A stretch of DNA of 64,000 nucleotides from Octopus vulgaris (taxonomy: Eukaryota): assembly GCA_951406725.2 (NCBI GenBank), contig OX597831.1, positions 29,884,001-29,948,000 of the forward strand. The letters run 5' to 3'. The notes beneath the pieces were generated by a model that saw only the letters and a program-made list of their open reading frames with translations, did no database searches and had not been told where the DNA came from. This document shows positions 14,040 through 28,479 of the stretch, piece after piece (the stretch's first letter is position 1; each line of letters opens with the position of its first letter). A program made the translations under genes and the position numbers.

Positions 14040-15229
14040 TACACTGACACACAGCATATAATTAAGATAAACAAGGGAAGCATACACAGTATAATAATAG
14101 TATTGTTGATGATGATGACGACGATGATGATGATGATGGTGATGATGATGATGATGATAAATACAACAATAATAACTTAGAAAATATTTTTTTATGTTAA
14201 AGTCTAAAAACAGGAAATAAATGGAACCCACTAAACTGGTGAAGAAGTTTCATATTTTTTATGTTACACAAATATATTGTTATTGCTGGAGTTGTGACTA
14301 TTCCTCTTCTTCTTTTCTTCTTTTTCGTCTTCTTTCTCTTCTTCTTCATCTTCTCCTACTCCTCCTCTTTCTTCTTCTTCATCATCATCATCATGACCAT
14401 CATCATCATTAGTGCTATATATTCTGTTGCTAGTCATTGTGTGTGTGTATCTGAGGGGGGGGGGGCGTGCTTGCATGCATGCGTGCGCGTGCACATGTGT
14501 ATATATGCATGTTATATGTGTGCGTATATGTATACATTGTGTATATATGCATATTATGGTTTGAACATTCTTATTTGTTTAGAGATACGAACATACACAC
14601 ATACACACTCACTCACATATATATACACACATATATACATATCTATATACACACATATATATATATATATACACATATATACATATATATACACACACAC
14701 ATATATATATATATATACACTCGCACACACACATATATATATACATACAAATATATACTATATTTTATATTATATTATATGACTATTATATTTACGTTCC
14801 ATCAGATATCACGTGTTAAAGGTCGACCTAAATCTGTATTCTTCAATATATTTTTACTCTTAACACTACCACCACCACCACCACCACCACCACCACCGCC
14901 ACCACCACCGCCACCACAACCGCCACCACTACTACTACTACTAATACTCGTTCTACTTTCACTTTCATTTGAAATACAGTTATTCTTTATAGTTTTTATT
15001 TTTGTTTGTGTGGTTTTGCTTTTGTTCTTTTGAAATTTAAATAAGGAAAGACAAAAAGCAACAACACTCATTTGTTGGTGGTGGTGGCGATGGCGGTGGT
15101 GACGACAGAGGCGGCGACGGTGACGGTGGCGGTGGTGGCGACGGTGGTGTTGTGTTAAGGGGCTGTAAATAGTCTCTTTATTGTTATCTTATTTAATTCC
15201 CCCTTGTTGTTGCGTCCCACTCCCCATTT

Positions 15230-16260
15230 CCATTTCCCTCTCTCTCTCCTCCCTTTCTCCATCTCTCTTTTGCTCTTTCTTTCTCCCTCTCTCTCGCTTT
15301 CTCTCTTTCTCTGTCTCTCTCTGTCTTTCTCATTGTTTTTCTCTTTCTTTTTTCTCTCTTTCTCTCTCTTTCTTTTTTCTCTCTCTCTCTCTTTCCCAAT
15401 AAACAACAATTACAGAAAACAATCAAATGTACTTAATGAACAGTGATGAAAGAGGATAATGAGCGAGGGGGAGAGTAAGACAAGGATAGTGAGAGAGAGA
15501 GAGTGGTGAGAGACAGGGAGAATGAATGGGCGAGGGAGGAGGATAGAGATAGAGAGAGAGGATGAGAGAGATACACAGTGAGGAAGGAAGAGTGACAGAG
15601 AAAGAAAAGGTGAAAAGGAGTTAGGGGGAGAATGGAGAGAGATACAGAGAGAGGGTGAGACATAGAGGGAGTAAGAGGATGAGAGACAGGGATAGAGAGA
15701 GTAAGTGACAGGGAGAGGCAATGAGAGAAAACTGGTGAGGAAGACAGAGAGCGGGAGAAGAGGAGAGTATTAAAGAGAGAAAGAGAGAGATGATGAAAAA
15801 CAGAAAACAAAGTGAGGGTGAGACAAAAAGATGAAGGAAAAGGCGAGAGAGAGGTAGAGAGAGAAAGAGGATGCGAGTGAAAGAGAGAGGCCGAGAGTGT
15901 GAGAGAGAAAAAAATGATGGGAGAAGCAGAGAGAAAAAAACAGAAAGAGAGAATTTGGGAGAAAGAGAGAGCGACAGAGAGAAGAGGAACAGAAAGAGTA
16001 TATGAGGCGAACAGAGTGAGGGGGAGGGAGAGGGAAGGAGGGTTTGAGAGATGAAGAAAATTATATTAGAGACAGAGAGCGAGGGGAAGGACAGAAAGAG
16101 ATCATGAAAGAAAGGGAGAGAAAGGCAAAGAAAAAGAGAGAAAGAGAGAGAGAGAAGGGCAAAAAGAAAGGGAAAGAGAGAGGGGCAAAGAGAAAGAGAA
16201 AGACAGAGAGAGAAGCAAGGTGAAAGAGAAGGAGGGGCGGGTAGGAGAAAGGGGTGAGGT
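15230..16260. repeat. Polypyrimidine tract followed by long polypurine tract
   Basis: CT-rich at 15230-15397 and GA-rich at 15445-16260. Confidence 0.9.
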
Positions 16261-16609
16261 CTATTGTAAATCTAAAACAAAAATGGTCCACCAAGAATTG
16301 TCAGATTAAATAAGATTATTGCTGTTTAGCTAACGGACCCTAGAGACTCCGTGTGTATGTGTATGTATGTGTAATATTTTTGAAACGCGGTGCCAAATTT
16401 TACAGTTTTGTAAATAATAATAATATTTTACAAGCTTAAGGCTTATAAGCGATCACCGTGTATTTACTAAATACACGGTGATCGCCACAAGTGTGCTACC
16501 ATTTACACTAACGTGTGTGGATGGTAGCACACTGGTCGCAAAAACACGGAGGTATAGATTCGAGTCCTACGCGTGCAGAAAATTCATTTTTTTCTTCTGT
16601 CGAAGGCAA

Positions 16610-17358
16610 TATAAACTTAGATAAACTTAGATTTGTTTCGACCAAAGATTGGTCCAGGCCATGTCTAACTTAATAGCACCACTTGATAGAATTATCTAAA
16701 TCCTATTTAAGTCAAGTTTTGTTTCTGGTCCATTCAAGTAGTGAGTTCTTGTTGAGTGAGTTGTATCCAGGTATGGATGGCTTATCCGGTGTTCCTTGAA
16801 GAAATGTGTCCAGACTCCGTTTAAAGGTGATGGGATCCTTTTCCTCTTTGATCTCATTCGGGACAATGTTAAACAGGACAGGGCCTGTTGAGGAAAAGAA
16901 AATATGTCGCAGTGTAACTATGTGCTGTGATCCTGAATTGGGCAGGGGACGTATGGCCCGTGGTCCTAGCCTTGGATGAACCTTGAAACTAATGTTCAGG
17001 TCGTTTGGGCAATGCTGGCGGTATATTCTCCACATCGTACAAATGATGTACCGCTCGCGGCGGCGTTGGAGAGAGTAGAATTGCAAGGCTTGAAGGCGGT
17101 CCCAATAATTGAGATCAGTCATGCCTTCAATTCGTTTAGTGAGTGCCCTCTAGAGTGATTCTATCCTCGAAATGTTTTGTCTTGTATGGGGAGACCACAG
17201 GGGGAAGCAGTATTCGAGGTGTGGCCGTACAAAGGAGGAGAAAAGTGGAATGATGACACTTTGTTCTCTGGACCGGAAGCTTATTAAGATCCAAGAGCTC
17301 GTCCTACGAGCTATATCGACCTTATTGTTGATGTGGGCACTCCAACTGAGATTGTTAT
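16610..17358 (-). mobile_element. 5'-truncated CR1/L2-group LINE, second subfamily
   Basis: Encodes RPHLEYCFPLWSP and YWDRLQALQFYSLQRRRERY...GPVLFNIVP...PDKPSIPGY. The 3' tail is (CTAAGTTTAT)2. Confidence 0.85.
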
Positions 17359-17664
17359 TCCAATATAAGATTATTTTCTTTAATCAATACACGGTGATCG
17401 ATTACAATAAGGTTTAATCTTATAAAATATTATTATATATGTGTGTGTCTGTCTGCATGCATGTATATATATGTATGTATATATTCATGTATATGTATGT
17501 ATGTATATTTATATATATATGTATATATATTTATATGTTTATATATATATATGTGTGTATGTGTATATTTATATGTATGTTTATATATACATGTGTATAT
17601 ATATATATATATGAATATATGTGTGTGTAAATATATATATATATATATACACACACACATATGC

Positions 17665-18085
17665 CATGCAGCTCTTCAATATAAATGCATGGTCAACCGA
17701 CGAGAAAGTACAGTACTTGTGTCACCATTGCGACAGTTGTAGTCATGAAGTTTATAACTTTTTATGTTTACATTAAGCATTACACAATTACATTCCGTTT
17801 TCTGAAGTACGTTCTATGGTTTGTTGGTTTTGTGGTTTTCTAAAGACAGTTTTTTTTCATTCTGTTGTTATTGTAATATATACTAAGAGAGAATCTGTGG
17901 TTAGCTGTGGTTTGTGTTCTCTATTAAAGTTGGGGTTTTGGGTGTTGCTGTAATTCTGTAATTAGGGAGTATTTAGTTCATGAAATACACAATATTATTA
18001 TGATGGACCTGTATATGTGTCTGTGTGTGCTGGTAGGTGGTTAGGAGGTGAAATCTGTTCTTGCATTGTTCTATAGCTTGGTCTA
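17665..18085 (-). mobile_element. Degraded Penelope-like GIY-YIG remnant
   Basis: The minus frame reads NGDTSTVLSRRLTMHL, the GxT..LSRRLTMH motif of PLE endonucleases. Confidence 0.5.
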
Positions 18086-18145
18086 CTAACCTATTCGTGT
18101 GTGTATGTGTGTGTGCATTTATATTTATATTCATCTATATATATA

Positions 18146-18209
<64 letters not shown>

Positions 18210-18617
18210 AATAACATCACAATTCATATAATCCAGGCACTTTTACACTGTAAAGCTATACAACTAATTAAAGACACACACATACGTATATACGCACGTA
18301 TAACCATACACACATTCGCGCACAAACATATAATTATAGATGTGTGTATATACTTTATTTTAGTGCTTTATTTTATACTTTATTTTAGGTTGTGTCTGTA
18401 GATACGCGGCCATACTACAGCGCCACCCTTTTATGACTGAATGTACCGCAATGGTTGCCGGGCTGTTAAGTAAACTCGAAGAACGCAATTGAAACAACAT
18501 TACGTTACAATCGCCATCTGTTTCAGACTAAATGTGCGCGTGTGTGTGTTTGTGTGATTGTATAAACATATACATGCACGCATAACTACTTTCATATATG
18601 TATAGCCACATTACATA

Positions 18618-18715
<98 letters not shown>

Positions 18716-18822
18716 TATATGTATGTATATATAAAATATAGATATATGTATATATATGCATACACGCACACACATATATACATACATGAGGATATGTATA
18801 CATACTTACACAAACATATATA

Positions 18823-18854
<32 letters not shown>

Positions 18855-19454
18855 AGTGTGTGTGCGTGTGTATGTATATGCACGCGTACGCACACACAAA
18901 TGTATATACGTATGCATGTATCTAAGTATACAACGTATGTATACCATAAGTCTGTGTGGAGGCAAAGAGAGAAGGAGAGGAGAGGAAGAGCAAAAAGGAG
19001 AGAGAAAGGCAAAAGCAAGTCCCTAACCTAATGGGAATACATAACTATTAGTTAAACCTCGAGGAGTTGAAATATATTGCATGGGGACGGAGGGGGTGGG
19101 TGATATAAAAACATGGATGTATATCGGGTGGATGATATATAAGGGTAGATAGGTTATAACGGGTGGAGCATAAACGATGGGTGAAGCTGTTAACGTTGGC
19201 TTTTTTTTATATCTTTTTTTATAGATTAAAGATATCAAATGAAAAGTCACGCCCTCGTACCTGCTGGGTATACACGCACACACACACACACATAACTACA
19301 CACGTATACACACACACACGTAGATGCACACAATCACGCACACATATACACGCACAAACGTACGCATACATGCATACACATACACACACATGCGGAAACA
19401 TACATTGCATGCTTGGATGCATGCATACTTGTATATATTTTGTGTGTGTGTATG

Positions 19455-19503
<49 letters not shown>

Positions 19504-19909
19504 TGTGTGTGTGTGTGTGTGTGCTTGTGCGTGTGTGTGTGCTTGTGCGTGTGTGTGTGCTTGTGCGTGTGTGTGTGCTTGTGCGTGTGTGTGTGCTTGT
19601 GCGTGTGTGTGTATACCTATCCTCATGTATGTATATATATATGTGCTTATATGCATATTTGTATGTATTTATACATACATACATACATACATATATACAC
19701 TGTATCTATAAATAATTTACACACATGTATACACACATAGAAAAGCATACATTATACAGGCACGCATATATTCACGAATATGTATGTATGTACACACATG
19801 TACCCTGATGCATACTTTATAAATACACACTGAATATATATTTATGTATATGTATATATATACATATATATATATATGTGTGTGTGTGTGTGTATACATG
19901 TATGTATAT

Positions 19910-19953
<44 letters not shown>

Positions 19954-20077
19954 GTATATATATATATACATATATGTATATATATGTATATATATATATA
20001 TATATATATAAGCATGCATGCACACACAGAGAATATATATATCAATATATATACATATACATACTAACATGCATACA

Positions 20078-20112
<35 letters not shown>

Positions 20113-20199
20113 TTGCTTGTTTCGGTGGCGGGGCAGGGATGGAGCGAAGAACATGTTTACATAGGATATGTTTGTGTAGACCTGCATCTGGTTCTGTAG

Positions 20200-20251
<52 letters not shown>

Positions 20252-20862
20252 GTAAGAGAGGAGGATCTCTGTTATGGATGAAGGTGCAAGGGCGGTGCGT
20301 GTCGTATCATCTCCTCGACACCCACCCACCCACCCCTGGCCCCCCCTGCAGTATGCATGCAACAAACTGCATACACGTTCCCCTCCCACCCACCCACCCA
20401 CCTACTCCTGCCACAACATTACGTTACACATCTTTTTGTCTACACCGATTGAAGTACAATATACAACACCACCACCATCACCACCACCAACACCACCAAC
20501 ACCACCAACACCACCACCTGTCCCTCCACCCAGCCGCATCCTTGAACTGCCTGTTTTTCGTCACGAAGCAGAAAAAAAACACCAGTCTCCTTAAAACGCC
20601 ACCACCCTCACCATTACAAACACCATCACCATCACCGTTACCGCCCTTAACCACTACCACTACCACAGGCACCAGGATCACCGCCGCCGCCGCCGCCGCC
20701 ATCGGCACCACCGCCGTAGCAAGCTCGTTCTAACACCCAACTAACCAACAACAGTACATGGTTGCAACCAGATGTTAAATACTTCACACAGATGATGATG
20801 ATGATGATGATGATTATGATGATGATGGTACTTACGTAAATTTTTACATACGTGTATGCATT

Positions 20863-20916
<54 letters not shown>

Positions 20917-21160
20917 GGTAGATAGGTTGATAGACAGACAGACAGACAGATAGATAGATAAGTTTCTTTATTTGCCACACAGGGCTGCACACAGATGGGA
21001 CAAGTTACAAGGTAGAGCTTTCTTTTGGGGGATGAAAAAAACAAAAAACAAAAGAAACAAAAAAAAGGGTGTGGCGTAGGTTTTCGATCAAGAGGGATCG
21101 TAAAAGGGAAGAAAAAAATAGATAGATAGATACATAGATAGATAGATAGACATATACGCT

Positions 21161-21195
<35 letters not shown>

Positions 21196-21197
21196 GT

Positions 21198-21294
<97 letters not shown>

Positions 21295-21979
21295 CATATA
21301 CGCTAATATACATATATATATATATAATTGAAAATGCTGTGTACGTATGTATGTATGTATGTATGCATGCATGCATGCATGCATATGTACAATACGATCC
21401 TTCTGGAATTAGGTTTCCGAATATTCCCAAATATTCTTATTTCGCCATTTTTCTAAGATCTTTCTTCAAATATTGCTGCTGTATCAAGTACTTGCTGTAA
21501 AATTGTTTTTGATCTATCATAAACACGAACAATCTGTAAGTATATATTTGCACGTGTGTGTGTGTATATATTTGTACGTGTGTGTGTGTATATGTGTGTG
21601 CACGTACATGTGTGTATATGTCAGTTTGTCAGTAGTTTTCAGGGCCCAGCAAGGAAACCTGATATTTTTGTAACCGAATACAATATTGTCCAATGCACAA
21701 CGCTGGATTAACCATTAAGGGAAATCAGCACGTGCTCTGGGCATCACGGGAAGTGGTGGTGGTGGTGGTGGTGGTGATGGTGGTGGTGGGGGGACGAACC
21801 ATTGAAATGGTAAATAGTTTACGGCAACAAAAGACATCACTTTAAAATTGTTAAAATGATATTCAAAGTGGTTTATGTAATCGGAAATATATCTTCGAAG
21901 TGTTTATGGTGTCATTGAGAGAATCTGATCAAAGACTTTGCAAATATAAAGAAAAAACAGTTGGAATAAACTTTTGAAA

Positions 21980-22177
21980 TAGGCGTAGGTGTGGCTGTGT
22001 GGTAAGTAGCTTGCTTACGAACCTCATGGTTCCGGGTCCAGTCCCACTGCGTGGTACCGTGGGCAAGAGTCTTCTACTATAGCCTCGGGCCGACCAAAGC
22101 CTTGTGAGTGGATTTGGTATACGGAAACTGAAAGAAGCCTGTCGTATATATGTGTGTGTATATATGTGTGTTTGTGT

Positions 22178-22232
<55 letters not shown>

Positions 22233-22432
22233 TGTCTGTGTTTGCCCCCCCCAACATCGCTTGACAACCGATGCTGGTGTGTTTACGTCCCCGAAACTTA
22301 GCGGTTCGGCAAAAGAGACCGATAGAATAAGTACTAGGCTTACAAAGAATAAGTCCTGGGGTCGATTTTACCGACTAAAGGCGGTGCTCAAACATGGCAA
22401 CAGTCAAATGACTGAAACAAGTAAAAGAGTAA
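21980..22432 (+). mobile_element. SINE family 1, full length
   Basis: Same head, body and tail as the other copies. Confidence 0.9.
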
Positions 22433-22613
22433 ATAGATTAAAATGGAAGTGTACAAAAATAAACACGATTTTCCATATGCTGGTTTTGTCTTTTCTACTA
22501 TCGAGACGCTGTTGTTGGTGCGACGTAGGCACACCAACGACAGTTGTGAAGCGCTAGGAGGGGAAAAACGCATACATGCACGCACACATACTTACACATA
22601 TAATATATATATA

Positions 22614-23162
22614 TTGGGTTGTCCGGAAAGTTCGTGCCGATTTTTGAAGGAAAGAAAAAGGTCAATAAATACTTGCCATTACATTTTTAATCAACCAAAT
22701 ATGAACCATTTTGTTGCTCAATGCGTCTCCATCTTTCATTTAACTTGAAAATACCCTCTTCCCAGGACTGAGGTGCTTTCGTGGCAAAGAATTCATCAAG
22801 GTATCTTTTTATGTTATCCAAGGAATTGAAATTTTTACCAGTAAGACTATTCTGCAGAGACCTGAATAAGTGGAAATCCGAAGGAGCAATATCTGGTGAA
22901 TATGGAGGGTGGGGTAACACATCCCAGCCGAGCTGCGGCAATTTTTGTCTGGTTCCCAAATCATCAAGTGCGGAAAATGAACTTTCTTATCTTCCATTTT
23001 ATAGGGTTACAGAATTAACACAGGTTATAGGAACATAAGCCTTCTTCCAAGAAAAGATAGCTTAAACTGTGCTCTAAATGGAGGTGTAGTCAAATCCTTT
23101 TTTATGGACTCAACCATGTTCTAAAATAAGTCGAAAGGTAAGCTACGAACTTTCCGGACAAC

Positions 23163-23166
<4 letters not shown>
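22614..23166 (-). mobile_element. Internally deleted mariner element
   Basis: Perfect 22-bp TIRs (ttgggttgtccggaaagttcgt) with TA on both flanks. Transposase C-terminus LGWDVLPHPPYSPDIAPSDFHLFRSLQ. Confidence 0.92.
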
Positions 23167-23205
<39 letters not shown>

Positions 23206-23491
23206 GATAAGCTTCTTTCAGTTTCCGTCTACCAAATCCTATCGCAAGGCTTTGGTCGGCCCGAAGTTATAGTAGAAGACACTTAGCCAAGGTGCCACGC
23301 AGTAGAACTGAAACCGGAACCATGTGGTTGGGAAACAAGCTTCATACTGCACACCCACGCTTGCGCCTTATATTTTGAAAAATAATAATTTATTTTATCG
23401 CTTATTATTGTTTATATTACACATATATGGAGTCACCAAAATCTTTTAAGAGCTTAGGTCCTATATAGGTCTTAATCCGTCCCTGCTAATA

Positions 23492-23885
23492 TCTTTATAT
23501 ACAAAAGAGAGGTTGTGTGTCTGTCTCCTACGATTTAGATTCCTAACCACTCCCACATTTTGCGGTGCAGTTTAACCAAAACCGGGTATCTTATAGTCGT
23601 GATTCATATCGAGCCCTTCTGGATATTAGCGCGCGTCTACGATGAGTCTACGATTTTTTAAAAAATTTACCATTTCTTTTGCATTTTAATGCATTTTTCG
23701 CTATTATATAAGGGAAGTAACTCTCTAAAAATGTCTACGATGAGTCAACGATTTTTAAAAAAATTTACGATCATTTTTTTTCCATTTTTAATGCATTTTT
23801 TTACTATTTTTTGGCTATAACTCTCTAAAAATGCTTATATAGTTATTTCCCTTACAAACCGAGCAACGCCGGGCGATACTGCTAG
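23492..23885 (+). mobile_element. Non-autonomous Helitron
   Basis: Junctions A|TC...CTAG|T with no TSD. GC hairpin ccgagcaacgccggg just before CTAG. Second copy at 33402-34037. Confidence 0.8.
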
Positions 23886-24377
23886 TAGGATATAAACAAC
23901 ATTTATTATGTAAATATCCATAACGATGTACGCCGTAATAAAACACAAATAACTTCATTTAGTCTTAAGATATATAAAAGTAGATTAAGGTAAGTCCTTG
24001 GGACATTATTGTTTCAAGTCCCAGGACTCGCGGGGCTGGTTACGGGGTTTGCATATCGTATAAGAGTTCCGAGATCAAAACATTGCTCCTGGTTGGGTCG
24101 CTAGTCCGTCGAATGGTTTATTCACTTACGGCTGAGTGGACGGGAGTAAAGTGAAATGAAATGTTTGGCTCAAGAACACAACACATCGCCCGGTCCTGGA
24201 ATCGAAACCACGATATTGTAATCGCGAGTTCAACATCGTACCCACTACGTTAATCACTTCTCTAGACAACCGGAATAAATATATCACCATCAGGACTTGG
24301 ACACTACTGCCTCCTATCCCAGGACGCCCATCCGTCCCAGGGGGCTACTCATTTACAGCTGAGTAAACTGAAACAAA

Positions 24378-24420
<43 letters not shown>

Positions 24421-25281
24421 AAATGATTAAAAAGAAAAAAAGTCATACTTCTTCGTTCACAATTCAACACGCCCTTAATTTGCCGTTGGGTCGACGGCAG
24501 CAAGTCTCTCTCTCTCCACACACACACACACACACCCATATATATATATATATATATATGTGTATGTGTGTAAGTATATAAATTTACATATATAATATGT
24601 ATGTATATAAATATATATATATATACATGCATATATATATTATATATATACATGCATATATATATTATATATAGGCATATATATATATACACACACATAT
24701 ACATATACACATATATACATACACACACACTCATATATATCCTCATTGTAAGCATGTAGTTCTATAAATACACCTGTATCTCTATACACATGTATATCTA
24801 TATCTACCCGTGTATGCCTATATACCTGTCCACCTATAAACCTGTACATGTATATACCCGCTCTTCTAAAGTGCTTCGTTGTGAATCTTTTAATGACTTA
24901 GCTGAAATAAGTGCATGTGTGTAGGTGCGTTATGTTTTACCTGTTGTTCTCACTGAATACACAGTAACCTGATTACATGTACACACACACACAGGTACGC
25001 TCTATCTCTCTATCTCTCTCTCTCTCTCTTTCTGTCCCTCTCTCTCTCTCTCTCCCCTCTTCCCCTTATTTTAACAACCTCGGAAATAGTAAGGAAATAC
25101 GGAATGATACACCGCGAGGTAATTAGGAATGATAGACAGTAAGAAAATCAAAGAACAGGTTGTAATGCATGGTAAGACAGTGAAAGGAGTGAGAAAGGAG
25201 AGACTGCAACGAAACCGGGAAATAACATGTTGTAAGGAAGTAAGGATGAACAAATAGTAAGGATGTATAGAATGACAATGG

Positions 25282-25661
25282 GAAGCACTCCGTGGGTTAC
25301 GACGACGAGGGTTCCGGTTGATCCGAATCAACGGAACAGCCTGCTCGTGAAATTAACGTGTAAGTGGCTGAGCACTCCACAGACACGTGTACCCTTAACG
25401 TAGTTCTCGGGGATATTCAGCGTGACACAGAGAGTGACAAGGCCGGCCCTTTGAAATACAGGTACAACAGAAACAGGAAGTAAGAGTGAGAGAAAGTTGT
25501 GGTGAAAGAGTACAGCAGGGATCACCACCATCCCTGCCGGAGCCTCGTGGAGCTTTAGGTGTTTTCGCTCAATAAACACTCACAACGCCCGGTCTGGGAA
25601 TCGAAACCGCGATCCTATGACCGCGAGTCCGCTGCCCTAACCACTGGGCCATTGCGCCTCC
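25282..25661 (-). mobile_element. SINE family 2 (tRNA-Arg-like head), tail type A
   Basis: Head ggaggcgcaatggcccagtggttagggcagcggactcg...ggtttcgattccc. Tail shared with 245-540. Confidence 0.88.
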
Positions 25662-25779
25662 ACAATAAGGACAGTGAGGAAGTACGGAAGGAAAGGATCT
25701 ACAAAAGGTGGCAGGAGAGAGAGTAAAGAAGTGTAGAAAGGACGTAAAAAAAAAAGACAAGCAGCAAGGAAGCATGGAA

Positions 25780-26385
25780 GGAAAGACAGACAGTAAGTAA
25801 GTATGGAAGGAGAGGCGGTATGCAAGTATGGAAGAAGAGACAGGCAGTAAGCAATTATAGGAGAGATAGACAGTAGCCAAATATGGAAGGAGAGACAGAC
25901 AGTAAGCAAGTATGGAAGGAGAGACGGTAAGCAAGTATGGAAGGAGAGACGGTAAGCAACTATGGAAGAAGAACTGGCAGTAAGCAAGTATGGAAGAAGA
26001 GATAGACATTAATCAATTATAGAGATAGACAGTATGCAAATATGGAAGGAGAGACAGTAAGCAAGTATGGACCGTGAGACAGACAGTAAGCAAGTATGGA
26101 AGTAGAGACAGACTGTAACCAAGTATGGAAGGAGAGGCAGTTATCAAGTATAGAAGAAGAGATAGACAGTAAGTAACTATGGAAAGAGAGACAGTAAACA
26201 AGTATGGAAGGAGAGACTGTAAGCAAGTATGGAAGAAGAGACAGACAGTAAGCAGTTATAGGAGAGCTAGACAGTAAGCAAATATAGAAGGAGAGACAGA
26301 CAATAAGCAAATATGGAAGGAGAGAGGAGTAAGTAATTACTGAAAGAGAGACAGTAAACAAGTATGAAAGAGACAGTATATAAAT
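25780..26385. repeat. Degenerate minisatellite, unit about 28-35 bp (cagtaagcaagtatggaaggagagac)
   Basis: Roughly 18 consecutive variant units. Confidence 0.9.
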
Positions 26386-26900
26386 CATGGAAAAAGAAAC
26401 GGCATAATCAGAAAATGTGTGTCAATTGTACTAAAAGCAAAAAAAAAAGAAAAAGAAAATGCAATTAAGCAGCAGAATATTTCTGATAAATTATTAATGT
26501 TAATGAGACCAGGTTAGGTAGAATTAATGAAGATATAATGACGACAGTAACGACAAGAGCAGCAATAACAGTAACAGTAATAATAATAACTGTAACAACA
26601 ACAGCTACAACAATAATAATAATAGCAACAACAACAACAATAGCAACAATGGATGTAGCTACAACAACAGCGACTGCAACAACAACAACAACAACACAAA
26701 TAACAGAAATAATACTAAAAACATAAACTGCAATAGCAACAACATCAATATTAACTACAGCTGCATACAAGGCTTCAGACATAGTCACACATATGCCCAC
26801 TTCCATAGGTATTTAGACACACACACACACATTCATATGCACACACCACTCAAACATACAACCACATGCTCACACACATATACGCGGATACATACGTCCG

Positions 26901-26946
<46 letters not shown>

Positions 26947-27126
26947 ATCCAGACAATTTCAATGATTACCTTGAGCAATCAACATTATTTTAGTGTGTAT
27001 ATATGTATGCCTAATTGTGTGTATGTGTATGCCTGTTTGTATGTATATTTTATATATATATATACACACACATGCTCCTATATATACATATATAAATATA
27101 TATATGCGTGTGTGTGTGTGCATGTC

Positions 27127-27188
<62 letters not shown>

Positions 27189-27250
27189 CATGGCTATATG
27201 CATATATGTGTATATATGTGTATATATATACACACCTATTTATGTATATA

Positions 27251-27293
<43 letters not shown>

Positions 27294-28099
27294 AGAGATA
27301 GAGAGGAGGGGGAGAGATGTGTATGTGTGTGATCTTCATTATTTTGGTTTCTCATTTCCTGCAATTTTAGACAGTAAAATCTCCAGTTGATTGCTGTACC
27401 GTTACAACAACACTACAACCACCACCACAACCACCATCATCACAGTCATTATCATCATCACCGTCATCATCATCATCATCTTCCTTACCAACATTGTCAT
27501 CACCACCCCCGCCGCCGCCGCCGCCACCACCGCCATCATCGTCGTTGTCGTTGTCATTGTCATTATTATGCCATCATTATCTCTGTTACAGTTGTTATTA
27601 CATTCATCATCACAATACCATCATTATCATCCCGAAGAAATCATCATCATCATCATCATCATCGTCACCACCACCATCATTGCATTCGTTAGTTTACCTT
27701 ACCTTACTGATCCCGCCACTGGATGTGACGCTGCCGTTAATTTATTATTAATTCCCTTTGAAAGCGGCGGCATTGTTGTGCAACTCAAGTAGGCCAATTT
27801 AGTTCTTCTATCCGGGTTTGTGGATAATATAAATAGCTATAATCTAACTGTTATTGCTATTGCAGACATAAAATTAGCCAGCTCGTTTTGATGAGGTGCC
27901 AACACACGAAAAGCAACCTGTTTTCCCAGGTCACAGAAAAAGAAAATCTCGATGTTTATTTTTCACTGTAGGATCGCAAGATGTTTACTGAACTCAGAAG
28001 ACCGTAGGATTATCGCACACACACACACACAGACACACACAAGAACGCGCGTGCGAGCACACACACACACATACACACACATGGGAATACATACATGGG

Positions 28100-28410
28100 T
28101 GTGTATTTGTGTGTGAATATATGTATGTAATGTGTGTGTTTGTGTGTGTATATTTGTGTGTAAAGATATGTATGTAATGTGTGCATTTGTGTGTCTGTGT
28201 ATTTGTGTGTGAATATATGCATGTAATGTGTGTTTGTGTGTGTGTGTGTATATTTGTGTGTGAATATATGTATGTAATGTGCGTGTTTGTGTGTGTGTAT
28301 TTATGTGTGATTATATGCATGTAATGTGTGTGCTTGTGTGTGTGTGTGTGTGTGTATTTGTATGTGAATATATGTATGTATTGTGTATGTTTGTGTTTGT
28401 GTGTGTGTGT
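28100..28410. repeat. Higher-order GT/AT minisatellite (atttgtgtgtgaatatatgtatgtaatgtgtg)
   Basis: About six variant units. Confidence 0.75.
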
Positions 28411-28479
28411 GTAAAATATATATTTCCTTTATTTTTTTATTTTTTACTAGTTTCAGTCATTAGACTACGGCCATATTGG

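Larger units (their letters stand above)
21698..23485. mobile_element. Possible old hAT-like non-autonomous element hosting nested SINEs and a mariner
   Basis: Imperfect terminal inverted ends caacgctggattaa and ttaatccgtccctg. No TSD visible. Confidence 0.3.

Noticed and set aside
25780-26385. CRISPR-like array
   Set aside because: Eukaryotic context, no unique spacers, degenerate repeats and no cas genes.
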